A stretch of DNA of 64,000 bases from Camelus ferus. Taxonomy: Eukaryota. The translations under genes and the position numbers were made by a program. Below, piece after piece: positions 25,923-37,512 of this stretch. Each line of letters starts with the position of its first letter. Within the stretch, counting starts at the first letter, position 1. Where the stretch lies: assembly GCF_009834535.1 (NCBI RefSeq), contig NC_045698.1, forward strand, positions 8,310,001-8,374,000, written 5' to 3'. The notes beneath the pieces were generated by a model, which saw only the letters and a list, made by a program, of their open reading frames with translations, was not told the origin of the DNA and searched no databases.

Positions 25923-27599
25923 GGTTTGCAAGAATTAGCTATTTCTCCCCCACGCTAGATTTGTAAATACTTATTTTCCACTGTATTTAAAAATTCATAC
26001 TAAATGTACTACTAAAGAGCGAAGCACTTAAGTTTTCATCTGTTTCCTTTAATTTTGTTCACTATTATAGTATCAAAAATAGAAGCTAATATGGGTTACT
26101 TGTTTCTTTTGTTTGCACAATGAGTTTTTAATTGAATCAGCATTTCTTTATAAAGGAAGCTGAATCAATGTGTTTTTTAAAATGTCCATTCAATAAATGT
26201 TTACTTAGTCATCACATATATGACACAAGCAATTAATGAAGTGAATTTTCCCTCTGAGCTTTGCTAAGGAGTACACAGTAAATGTCAAGGTCTTCAAGGA
26301 GCAAGAATGTTTGTCCTTTGCATCTAATAACCTGTAGTTTATTAATAAAATAACACAAAACACAAGAATAAAGTTGGAGGCAGAAATATTTATTGAGCAC
26401 TTACTACTGAGTGTGTAATTACTAGGACAGCATGTAAGGAGGAAACAATCCTGCTGGGTTGTCATTGGTTTCTAGAACACTCCTGGCACACAGTAGGTGC
26501 TCAATAAATATCTATTAAATAAAAGCATCCACACTAAGTGCTTTACACATGTTGCCTTGCATAAACACCATAAAACTGCTATTTCTTCGGTTCTGTTTTT
26601 TTTTTCCCTTACTTCACAAAAATGTTAAGGTAATTACATTGAAAGGATTGGCCTTGGCCAGGGAAGAAACTCTTCCTTCAAAGTAGAAGAGAGAATGAGA
26701 TCAAGGATGATGTTTTAGGCGATCTGGACATAAGGATGGAAATGCTGAAGGAACTAATATTGGATAGACTAAATATTCCCAGTACTGTCAATTTTTTTGC
26801 TCCAGAGCCCACTGCAATCCATTAATGTAGAGACATCTGATGTCAGTGCAAACTATGAAGTTCATTAACATTCATATTAAGACTCATCATTTAAATAATT
26901 TTTACTTGTACAAACTCTAAAGATGAGGTTCTGAAATGCCTTAGTGCACTGTCACTCTTATTACAGTCATTTTTACCTTACCCCAACCCAAGGGCCTAGG
27001 ACTCACAGGGAGGGCTGTTTTTGCCGCAGCTCATCACTGGGGTCGGGAACTCAAAGGACCTAAGCTGGTCTTATGCTTGGAATTGAAACTGACCTTAGAA
27101 TTGGGAACTAGAGAAGCTGCAGCTGAGAGTATTCCAAAGGGAGACACTTAAACTGTGGTTTGAGTAGAGAGATAACCTTGCCCATTTCTCACTTTGATGT
27201 TTGCAGGGAGAACAGACCTCTCAGGACTGAATAATTCCTGGGCATCTTAGAGACTTTGGGATGAAAGGGCATTCAAGGAAGGGATGTTGCTAATAAGGCC
27301 AGCTGGGTACCCAAGAAATCAGTCAGAAAAATAAAACAATGTAGATGCATTTAGTGAAATTTGTAGTACTGGTTGTAGGTGAATATGTGCTATTAAATTA
27401 ATTCAGTGAAGGTGAGACTATAAAGAGAGATGAGAAGAAGAGTGAAGAAATATCTTTGAAGGTTATCTGGATTGGAGGATAGAAAGAACAAGAGAAGCCA
27501 GCAAGATAAATACAAGAATGATCATGAGGCAGAAGACCACTACTATAGCTTCCCCTGGACAGTTTCAGTGAAGTGATTATACAAATTACTGATGATATA

Positions 27600-28825
27600 A
27601 AAAGTGATATAACACCAAAAATACAGGAAACACAAGGAAAGACAGACAAGTAGGACTACATCAGACTAAAAAGCTTCCTTTCCTTTCAGCAAAGGAAACA
27701 GCCAACAGAGTGAAAAGGAACCTATGGAGTGGAAGAAAATATTTAAAGGGGTTAATTTCTAAAACAGATATGGAACTCGTATAACTCAAAAGTGAAAAAA
27801 CAAAAAGAAATCAATTAAAAGTGGTAAAGTACTTGAATAGACATTTCTCCAAAGAAGGCATATAAATGGCCAGCAAGTATATAAAAAAGGTGCTCAATAC
27901 CACTAATTATCAAGAAAATGCAAAACCAAACTGCAACCTGGTCTCACCTAAATACCTCTTAGGGTGGTTATTATTAAAAGAGCAAAAGATAGCAAGTATT
28001 AGCGAGGATGTGGAGAAATTGTACACTGCTGACGGAAATGTAAAATGGTGCAGCCACTATGTAAACCAGTATGGAGGTTCCTCAAAAAGTTAAAAATAGA
28101 ACTACCATATGACCTGGTAATCCCACGCCTGGGTATGCATCCAGAAGAACTGAAGTCAGGATCTAGAGGAGGTATCTACACTCCCATGTTCACTGCAGCA
28201 TAATTCACAATAGCCAAGATATGTACAAAATTAAACAACTGGATAAAGAACCTATGGCATACACCATGAAATATGACTCACCCTTAGAAAAGGAAAAAAC
28301 TGAACTATTTGCGACAACACGGATGGACCTGGAAGACGCTATGCTAAGTGAAATAAGTCAGTCACCGTAAGACAAAAATTGCAATTCTGCTTATTTAAGG
28401 GTATCTAAAATTGTCAAACCTCTAGAAGCAGAAAATAGAACAGCGGTTGCCAGGGGCTAGGGAGTTGTAGTTCAAGGGTATAAAATTTCATTTAATTACT
28501 TGATGAACAAGTCTTGAGATCTGCTATGTAACACAGTGCCTGTATTTACCAATAGTGCTGTACATGTGAATTTTTCTTAGGAGGGTATATTTCATATTAA
28601 GTTTTCCTATCACCAAAGGGAAAAAAAAAGAGGCAAAGGGACACAAGGAAACTTTTGGAGCAGATGGATATGCTTGTATGTATATTACTTTGATTGTGGT
28701 GATAGAATCCTGAGTGTATGTATGTGTCCAGACTCATCAAATTGTATACATTAAATATAGGCAGGGTTGGGTTTTTTTTTTTTTGTACAACAATTATACT
28801 AAATAAAATTGTTCAAAAAAACCAA
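27600..28825 (+). mobile_element. L1MA/L1MB-class 3' portion
   Basis: Decayed ORF2 end (gtaaaatggtgcagccactatg, atagaactaccatatgacc) and L1MA-type 3'UTR ending aataaaattgttcaaaaaa. Confidence 0.88.
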
Positions 28826-30435
28826 AAAGAACACAAAAATGTGATTTAGAAACTGTCCAGAGAAATTGGGATTCCATAAGAATAGCGGGTGGTTTAGAGA
28901 GGGCATCCTATGGTAAAGTTTTAAGAAAAAGCAAGTAGTGTCAGAGAACCTAACCCTCCATACTTGGTGGCAATTACCTTGTTTAGAGATCATAGAAATG
29001 TATAGAAGTAGTGGATGGATGATACCAAAATTCATTAAACGTTACTAAGAGTCAGATGTAAATGATTTTCACCCCTAGAATAGCACATTGTTGAGTCACA
29101 TAATATATTAGGATTATTATAAGAAAAATTATCATATAGTTTGATAACATTTTCTTAAAGAGTCTAAATTAATAATTAATTTGGCTTAATTAAGTGGAAT
29201 TTATTAAACGTTTTTAAGTAGATTAAAAACATCTAAAGTCCCTCGAGGGGGCTTAGCTCACTCAGTATGAAAACTGAAATCAAAAAACATGTACTCATAG
29301 CTTCATTAATTCCTTCAATAAATATTTTATTTAACCTTGTGGCACAGCATACATGCTAGGTTTGAGAAAGTGGGAAAATTTAGATTGAACAGAGAATTAA
29401 GTAAAACTAGATTTGCCATGATTTTACTCATATGAGAAGGTGGAAAAGAGACTGAAGTGGAGAATGGAGAGGATGGATGAGATGCTGGACGGTGTGAGAT
29501 AAAGACGTTTCCTACCACGTAGATCTGATCACAGGAACCCCAGGACTTAAGATTCAAAGTGCACAAGCCAGCCGGCCAAATTGGGAAGGGGGACCCGAAA
29601 CATATCCCGAGACGGGCTGTGTGGACAGTACGTGCTCGGACATCGAGGTTGCTCCCCTCCGGTCGGAGAAAAGAACACTGAGCATGTCAGCACCCACCCA
29701 GGCACAAAACCGCGGGCCTGTGCTAAGCCCTGGCGTTTGATAATGGAACGATGGTGAGCACGAGGGTGAGGCGCAGAAAGGGGCGTGGGATCGGATAGGA
29801 GGAATCACCGCAGTGGCGGCTCCAGGGTTCCCTTCAATGAGCCCTTGAGGAAAACTTGCTCCGCCTGTTGAATCAAGTTAGGTGAGAAAGGAAAACCTAT
29901 TAATGAGCAACAGAGGGTGCTGGTCCTGTTCAAGGTGCTAGTCCTGTGAGAGCACTGAAAGGCTGAAATCTGACAGTTCAAGATTCAGTCAACATTCCTG
30001 CTGCAGCCTCTATTTCTTCAATTTGGGTCCATACCTAGTTTTATTTTGAGCAAATTCCTGGGTCAGTAATAAAGACAGCAACCATTCTCCAGGCGCGGGG
30101 ACGGTATGGGGCCATTTTGTTAACGACTCAGCCTCCTTGGGGACCGATGCTCTGCCTGTGTGTGCTATTTCTCTGCCTGCTGTGGGCTTCGTCTGATGGT
30201 CCCTTGGCCTGTCTAATGAGCCCCTCACTCAGCAGATACCTCTGCTTTCCCCTGACCTCTTCCATCCTCCCCGTCTAAGACTGTCCATGGCCTAATATCT
30301 CCCTGTCTCCTGCTGGAGTCTCAGCACATTGCCCATTTCATCCAGAGGCTCACTACAGCCTCCATATTTCACTTCCCCTATATCCTGCCCATCTTGTCCG
30401 CAGATGAGATCTAGTTTTTAGAAGCAACAATGTCA

Positions 30436-32049
30436 CAGAAATAGAACAAATCATAATAAAATTTATATGGAACCACAAAAGGCCTAGAATTGCCAAAGCA
30501 TTACTGAAGAAAAAGAAAGAGGCTGGAGAATAACTCTCCTGGACTTCAGACAATACTATAGAGCTGGTATTGGTACAAAATAAGATATGGTATTGGTACA
30601 AAAACAGACATATAGACCAATGGAACAAAATAGAGAGCCCAGAAATGAACCCACAAACTTTCAGTCAACTAATCTTCAACAAAGGAAGCGAGAACTTACA
30701 ATGGAATAAAGACAGTCTCTTAACCAAACTGTGTTGGGAAAACTGGACAGCAGCATGTAAATCAGTGAAGCTAGAGCACTCCCTTACACCATACACAAAA
30801 ATAAACTCAAAATGGATCAAAGACTTAAACATAAGACAAGATACAATAAATCTCCTAGAAGAAAATATAGGCAAAACTTTATCTCACATACATCTCAAAA
30901 ATGTTCTCCTAGGGCAGTCTACCCAAGCAATAGAAATAAAAGCAAGAATAAACAAATGGAACCTAATGAAACTTACAAGCTTCTGGACAGCAAAGGAAAC
31001 CATAAGTAAAACAAAACGACAACCTACAGAATGGGAGAAAATTTTTGCAAACGATGAAACCAACAAAGGCTTGATCTCCAGAATATATAAGCAGCTCATA
31101 CGACATAAGAAAAAAAATAAACAACCCAATCCAAAAATGGGCAGAAGACCTAAACAAGCAATTCTCCAAGGAAGAAATACAAATGATCAATAGCACATGA
31201 AAAAATGTTCAACCACTATCAAAGAAATGCAAATCAAAACTACAATGAGGCATCACCTCACACCAGTCAGAATGGTCATCATTCAAAAGTCCACAAATGA
31301 CAAATGCTGGAGAGGCTGTGGAGAAAAGGGAACCCTCTTACACTGCTGGTGGGAATGTAGTTTGGTGCAGCCACTGTGGAAAACAGTATGGAGATTCCTC
31401 AAAAGGCTAGGAACAGACTTACCGTATGACCCAGGAATCCCGCTTGTGGGCATATATCCAGAAGGAACCTTACTTCAAAAAGACACTTGCACCCAAAGGT
31501 TCATAGCAGCACTATTTACAATAGCCAAGACATGAAAATAGTCTATGTCCATCAGCAGATGACTGGATAAAGAAGAAGTGGTATATTTATACAATGGAAT
31601 ACTATTCAGCCATGAAAACCAACAACATAACGCCATTTGTAGCAACATGGATGTTCCTGGAGAATGGATTCTAAGTGAAGTAAGCCAAAAAGAGAAAGAA
31701 AACTACCATATGAGATCGCTCATATGTGGAATCTAAAACAAACAAACAAAAGAACATAAATACAAAACAGAAACAGACTCGTAGACATAGAATACAAACT
31801 TGTGGTTGCCAAGGGGGCATGGGGTGGGAAGGGATAGACTGGGATTTCAAAACTGTAGAATAGATAAACAAGATTATACTGTATAGCACAGGGAAGTATC
31901 TACAAGATCTTGTGGTAGCTCACAGCGAAAAACAAATGTGACAATGAATATATGTATGTTCATGTATAACTGAAAAATTGTGCTCTACACTGGAATTTGA
32001 CACAACATTTTAAAACGACTATAACTCAATAAAAAATGTAAAAAAAAAA
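30436..32049 (+). mobile_element. Young 5'-truncated camelid L1 (frameshifted ORF2 3' part, 3'UTR, poly(A))
   Basis: ORFs 30570-31193 ([19 protein letters not shown]...[16 protein letters not shown]) and 31197-31535 ([18 protein letters not shown]) are L1 ORF2; AATAAA plus A tail; TSD aagcaacaatgtca (30422-30435) / aagcaccaatgtca (32050-32063). Confidence 0.97.
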
Positions 32050-34649
32050 AAGCACCAATGTCAACACAATCACATTCGTTCTATGTAAAAGGAGACAATG
32101 GAAGATCACTGCTATTTCTCTTTAGGCTCTAAGAGTCAATGATTTTAGGGAATCTGACTTAGTGGCTCTGCTTGCAACAGTGGAGCAAAATGAATGTTCA
32201 AGTGTTTTGAAATACCATATTAGAAAGTGATTTATTGTCATTGCCATTGTATAAATGTTGTCCTCAGATGTTCCTCTACCTGGGAGAGGATCAGAGTCCA
32301 GGACTTGTTCTCTGTCCTCTGGTATGAATCTCTGCAGGAAAGATGAGAGACTAGTTTTGCACCGTGGAGATGAGTTTTTGCTACCTGATTCTTTTATCTC
32401 TGCATCCATCAAGGATTTGTACTATCAAGGGAACCTGGGTGACCTTTCTTCTCGCATCACTTTTAATTCCCATTTCACATGAATGAGTTGACTTCATAGC
32501 CACACACTCTTGGCGATGTTAATTTCATCCCACTGAGACAGGTGCGAAGCCAAATCTGAAGGGAAGGTGGCACGGGTGACAGGGTAATAATAGGACGCCT
32601 ATAGCAAAGCGTCCGACAAATCTGGGAAGAACAAGCCATGATGTGGAGACGGAATGGAACAAATCAATGTCAACTGTAAAGCTATGTAAACCTCATCGAC
32701 AAGTCAAAAACTATGGCAAAGAGCTGTCTGCGAAAGTTTACAAAACTGACAGATTAATGTTTTAAACAACCACGATGTCAGCCTGGTCACCTAGCAAGAC
32801 AGCAGATGACAGGAATCAGCGCCCCGAAGCGGAATCATAGGCACCTTTCCAGAATAATTGCAGTGAAATAAAACAAAACACCTCTTTCTGACCAACTCCT
32901 TCAATCTGTAGGATTCCATGTGCTTTGTTCTAGCCAAATCCCTTGATATCCAAATAAAACATGTTGATCAGAGTTTACTTAATTCAACTAAATGGCAGGA
33001 CTCCACGAAATAAAGAAGGCCATGTTTCTTGGTAGTTTAAGATGATGTTAGAATCCATTAGGTTTGATGCAAAATTTAGTGATACTACTATATTGGTGAC
33101 TCTTACCTATAATCTCTAGAAGTTTTTTTAATGCCTGGTACATAACCCAGAGGGACTGAATAAAAATGTATAGGTAATGGGGCCCTGATGTGTATTTTGA
33201 AAATTTTCTACTAGTGATTTTTATGCCCATACCTACTTTGGAATAAATTTTCCTTATGACATAGCCCATAATAATGGCAGTCAATATTTTAAATATTTAC
33301 TTACCCTGTATCATACTCCACTAAATGCTTTACATGCATTAACTTTTTTTGTTTTCACATTGACCCAATAAGGAAGGCGTTTTATTTTCGAAGACATCTC
33401 AAATTTAAAAATGTTAACTAACTGCCTCAAAGATTAGCTGGGACTAGAAGTTTATCTCAGACTAACTGCTCAGAACCCCACCTCAAAACTCTTGAGTATT
33501 TATTCACATTGTTTTAATAGAGGCTGCAGAACCAGGACCAGCAAAACAATAACACAAATTCCCTTAATGAGGAATGACTACAGTTGACTTATTTTAGTTT
33601 TTCTTGCCTTCCTAGATATAAAATATTGGAATTATTATGTCCAACCACAGGAAGAACTGTACTCATTGTACTGTTGAAGTTTACACCACAACTGACATAT
33701 TACCTTCTAAATAAAGGCCTTTAACTTTTAAGGGGGCCACTGCCAAGTTCAGATATACCCAGAGGAGGCAAAGAGAATGTTGAGGAGTTTTGCACCAGTT
33801 TCCTTGTCTGTATCACACCATAATGGAGAAACCAGCCTTCCAATGTTTAAAGGATGAAAGAGGAAGTACCAGAACCCCAGGCTTAGCCAAGGGCAATGAC
33901 TTGCAGTCCCTCAAATGAATGTTGAACGTGCTCACTCTGTGCCCACTGCTCCGAATATCCACTTCCTCTCCCCCCATCTTCTCCTCTTTATAAGTCTAGG
34001 GACAATGTCTTTGCTTTTCAATTTTATGGTACTGAATTGCAGCATCGACTTATTTAATTACTACCTGTTCTGTAAGAGTACATTCCTGCCCTCACCCTCA
34101 CTCCTTACACAAGAGAAAAAAAATGGCCACGACTTTCACAGCGCCAACAGTGCTTTACTGGATTCACTTAACTACATGCTTGTCTCCTTAGAACATACAT
34201 GTCTTGTTGGCAGGGACCATTCCTTTGCGTTATCATCTTCTCATCTAGCCTAGAGTGTACTCAGTGCACGATAAATGGATGGATGGCTGACTTAACGTAC
34301 ACCCCCAATAATGTTTGGGTCAATATAAGAAAATATGCCACAGTGCATACGCACAGAGCAAACTTACTAACGTATCTGATAAAATGCAGAACATGAGATT
34401 ACGTTACTTTCGTGGCACTTCCAATCCAAGATTTCTATCATCTTTTTTGTGAATTTCTCTCTCTCTCTCTCATTGTATGTCTTTTGTATAACTTGAATTA
34501 TAGGATAAGAATTGTAAGAATAATTCTATTCAGAACAGAAATGCTTGAGGGACAAAAGGCCAATATTTATCCTTTCTCACTCAGTGCTCTTTGCTGAAAT
34601 TTAAACAGCTAAATATTGATACCAGTGGAATAATTATATATGTTCTCAT

Positions 34650-36200
34650 TTCTAAAGAACATCAGTATTTTACTTGACCTACTGTTAGCACTTCACTTTG
34701 TTGCCTTTCCGTCCTTCCCTAAACACACTCTTCTTATGGTTTTCAATACGCCCCTCAGCTGCTTTCTTCCCACCTCTCTGACTGCCCTGATTCTCAGGTT
34801 ATCTCTTACTCCCTTCAGCAAGCATTCTCCCTGGAATGCATTTAAATTTCTATTCTCTTACACTTTCTCTGAATCATCTCATCCATTCTCACAGCTTCAA
34901 TAACCAAATAATGGTGTATCTCCGACTGTCTATTGACATTCATTCTGGAAAACCCAGAGGCTCATGTCCAAAACTGAAACCACAGCCAGTCTGCAAACCT
35001 GCTGTTACTCTTTTGTTTTCCTATTTCAGTAAATGGCACCATCCTTTACCCAAGCTGCCTAACCTCCACACTTGGGTATCATTCTGGACTTTGTCCTCTT
35101 CAAATATACATAACAAATCATTAAGTACCAGTGTGACTTGTGATTTATAATAAAAAATATAACTTTGGACTTCATCCCTATTTCTGTCACAGAGTTCCTA
35201 AAACCTTAGAATTTTCCAAGTGATGAGTGTGACAAAGGAGTCTTGTTATGTTAATGAGGTGACTTTTAGACCACATCTAAGGATGGGGGCTGGTTGTCAA
35301 GGGAACCAACAATGTAATTAAAAGGTTGCTATTTTCAGTTCCAGGCCCTTGACCTCTGGGAAGGGAAGGGGGCTGGTGATTGAGTTCAATTGCCAATGGC
35401 CAATGATTCAATCAACCATGCCTATGTAATAAAGCCGTCATAAAAACCCACAAGGATGTGGTTCAGAGATTTCCTGGGTTGGAGAACATGTGGAGATTTG
35501 GGGAGAGCAGCCCACTCTGGAGAGCCCTGGGCCCTTTCCTCATACTTTGCTCTATGCCTGTCTTCCATTTGGCTGTTTCTGAATTATACCCTTTTACAAT
35601 AAACTCTCTGAGTTCTATGAGCCTCTCTAGCCAACTAATTGAATCCATGAAGAAGGTTGTTGGAACATCCACTCTACAGATGGTGAGTTGATCAGAAGAA
35701 CAAGTGACAGCTTGGACTTTCCAGTGGCATCTAAAGTGTGCTGGGTACAGGGCGGGGGGGGGGAGGGAGTGTGAATCTCACAGGATTGAACCCTTAACCT
35801 GTGGAATCTGATGCCTATTTTCAAGCACATAGTGTCAGAACTGAGTTGAATTGTAGGGTACCCAGCAGGTACCCAAGAATTGCTTGGTAGGGGACAAAAC
35901 CCATGCTGAAACTGACAGCAGAGTCATCAGCACCAATTCCATCTCTCTAATCTGCCGACTATCCCCACTGACACCACTCTAACCCTGGCCACCGGTATCT
36001 CTTGCCCAGACACCTAAACTCATTATCCTAATTAGTGTGTCTGTCTCTTGTTCATACCTGCTTTCAATCTGTTCTCCACATTACAGCTAAAAATTATCTT
36101 TAAAAATTTAACAAATATGATTCTCTTATTCATCTACTTTGAACCTTTCAATGACTCCTCATTTCCTAAGGATAAAAATGGATACTTCTTAAGATTTAAC
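34650..36200 (+). mobile_element. Degraded L2, interrupted by an LTR at 35139-35930
   Basis: catgtccaaaactgaa...tcagtaaatggcaccatcc L2 motifs before the LTR, continuing after it. Confidence 0.6.
35139..35930. mobile_element. MER21-type ERV LTR
   Basis: tgtgatttataataa...cacagagttcctaaaacc...ggatgggggctggttg...caaccatgcctatgtaat...agtgtcagaactgagttgaattgtagg. Confidence 0.85.
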
Positions 36201-37340
36201 CCTCCAATGGCTGAACACTTTATAACAGTAAAGGAAATACTCTTTACCGCAAGCATCATGACGTCTCTCTTAAGTCTAGATATTAATTTGATGCATTGAA
36301 GGTATTGAACAAATTTGACTGGTTGTCCCTATTCACATTTTTCTCTGGTTTACACAAAAACAGATTTTTGCAAGTTAACAATATTATTACTAATTTGAAA
36401 ATATAGACATAACCTAAAAAATTAACCAAAACTTAATCTTCTCATCACATTTTCTCCCAAACTTTACCACAGTTTAATTATAATCAAACAATTAATTTGT
36501 GAGGTAATTATAACTCATTTACAGTTACATGTTCAAAGATATTCTCCCTTTGGCCACCAAGAAATGTACTAATTTTCAGAGCGAGAAAGGACACTTCTTG
36601 ATTCTGAGAAAAGCATTAGGAGATACTTGTTTTCTACCGATGAGCCTGGAAAGATCTCTTGCAAGATTGTGAAATCCATATTAAAAAAAACCCTCAACTG
36701 TGAAACTGACATTATCATTTACTTTGACGCTGTATCATTTGTGAGGCAGAATAATCAATTTTCCCATGATTTGCTATCTTCCTGACATAAAATCCACTAG
36801 TGAAGTTTACTGGTGGCTCTTTGAAGTTTACTGAGTTCCTGCCATTATTTCACGATGAGGAGATATGTCAGGTCTCTTCAGTGGCTCCAAAGTCCCCAGG
36901 AAGTTCTCTCATTAGCTCCCTGGAAATCAAAACTTGTCTCCAATAATCTGGTGATGCTGCTGTTTAATTTCTCTTCACTACTGCAATGTCAGATGTCTCC
37001 AGTACATAAATGAAATGCAAAAGTAACACTGTCTTCTCAGTACCAGCCACCATGGGGACTGAGCCATCACCGCCTACCCACTTACCTGGGAGCAAACCAC
37101 AAGTTCCAGTTATTTTACAGCTATTATTCTTAGGACTGACTTCAAGGCAAGAACAATGCTACCTTTTTGATTCAAATCTCTAATACCTACCAAATAGTAG
37201 GTGCTAAGTAAACACTTATGGAATGAATGAATTTAAAAAAGCAGTACGGCAACAGATACGTATGTGTAAAGCCTTCTGCAAGGTGCTGAATGACACAAAC
37301 AGGAAAGACGCAGGTACAAAGTTAGTTCATGTACAGATCA

Positions 37341-37512
37341 TGTGACGGTTAATTTTGTGTGTCAACTTGACCTGGCTAAAGGATGCCCAGACAGCTGGCA
37401 AAACATGATTTCTTCGTGTGTCTCTGAGGATGTTTCTGGAAGAGTTTGGCATTTGAAACAGAAGACGAAGTATAGAGGACCACTCTCACCAGTGCAGGTA
37501 GGCATCATTCAA
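37341..37512 (+). mobile_element. MLT2 (ERVL) LTR 5' fragment, truncated
   Basis: tgtgacggttaattttgtgtgtcaacttgac...ggatgcccagacagctgg...ggcatcattcaa, then similarity stops. Confidence 0.85.

Noticed and set aside
30570..31535. Longest ORFs (207 aa and 112 aa) as a protein-coding gene
   Set aside because: Frameshifted, 5'-truncated L1 ORF2 remnants lacking the endonuclease and RT core.
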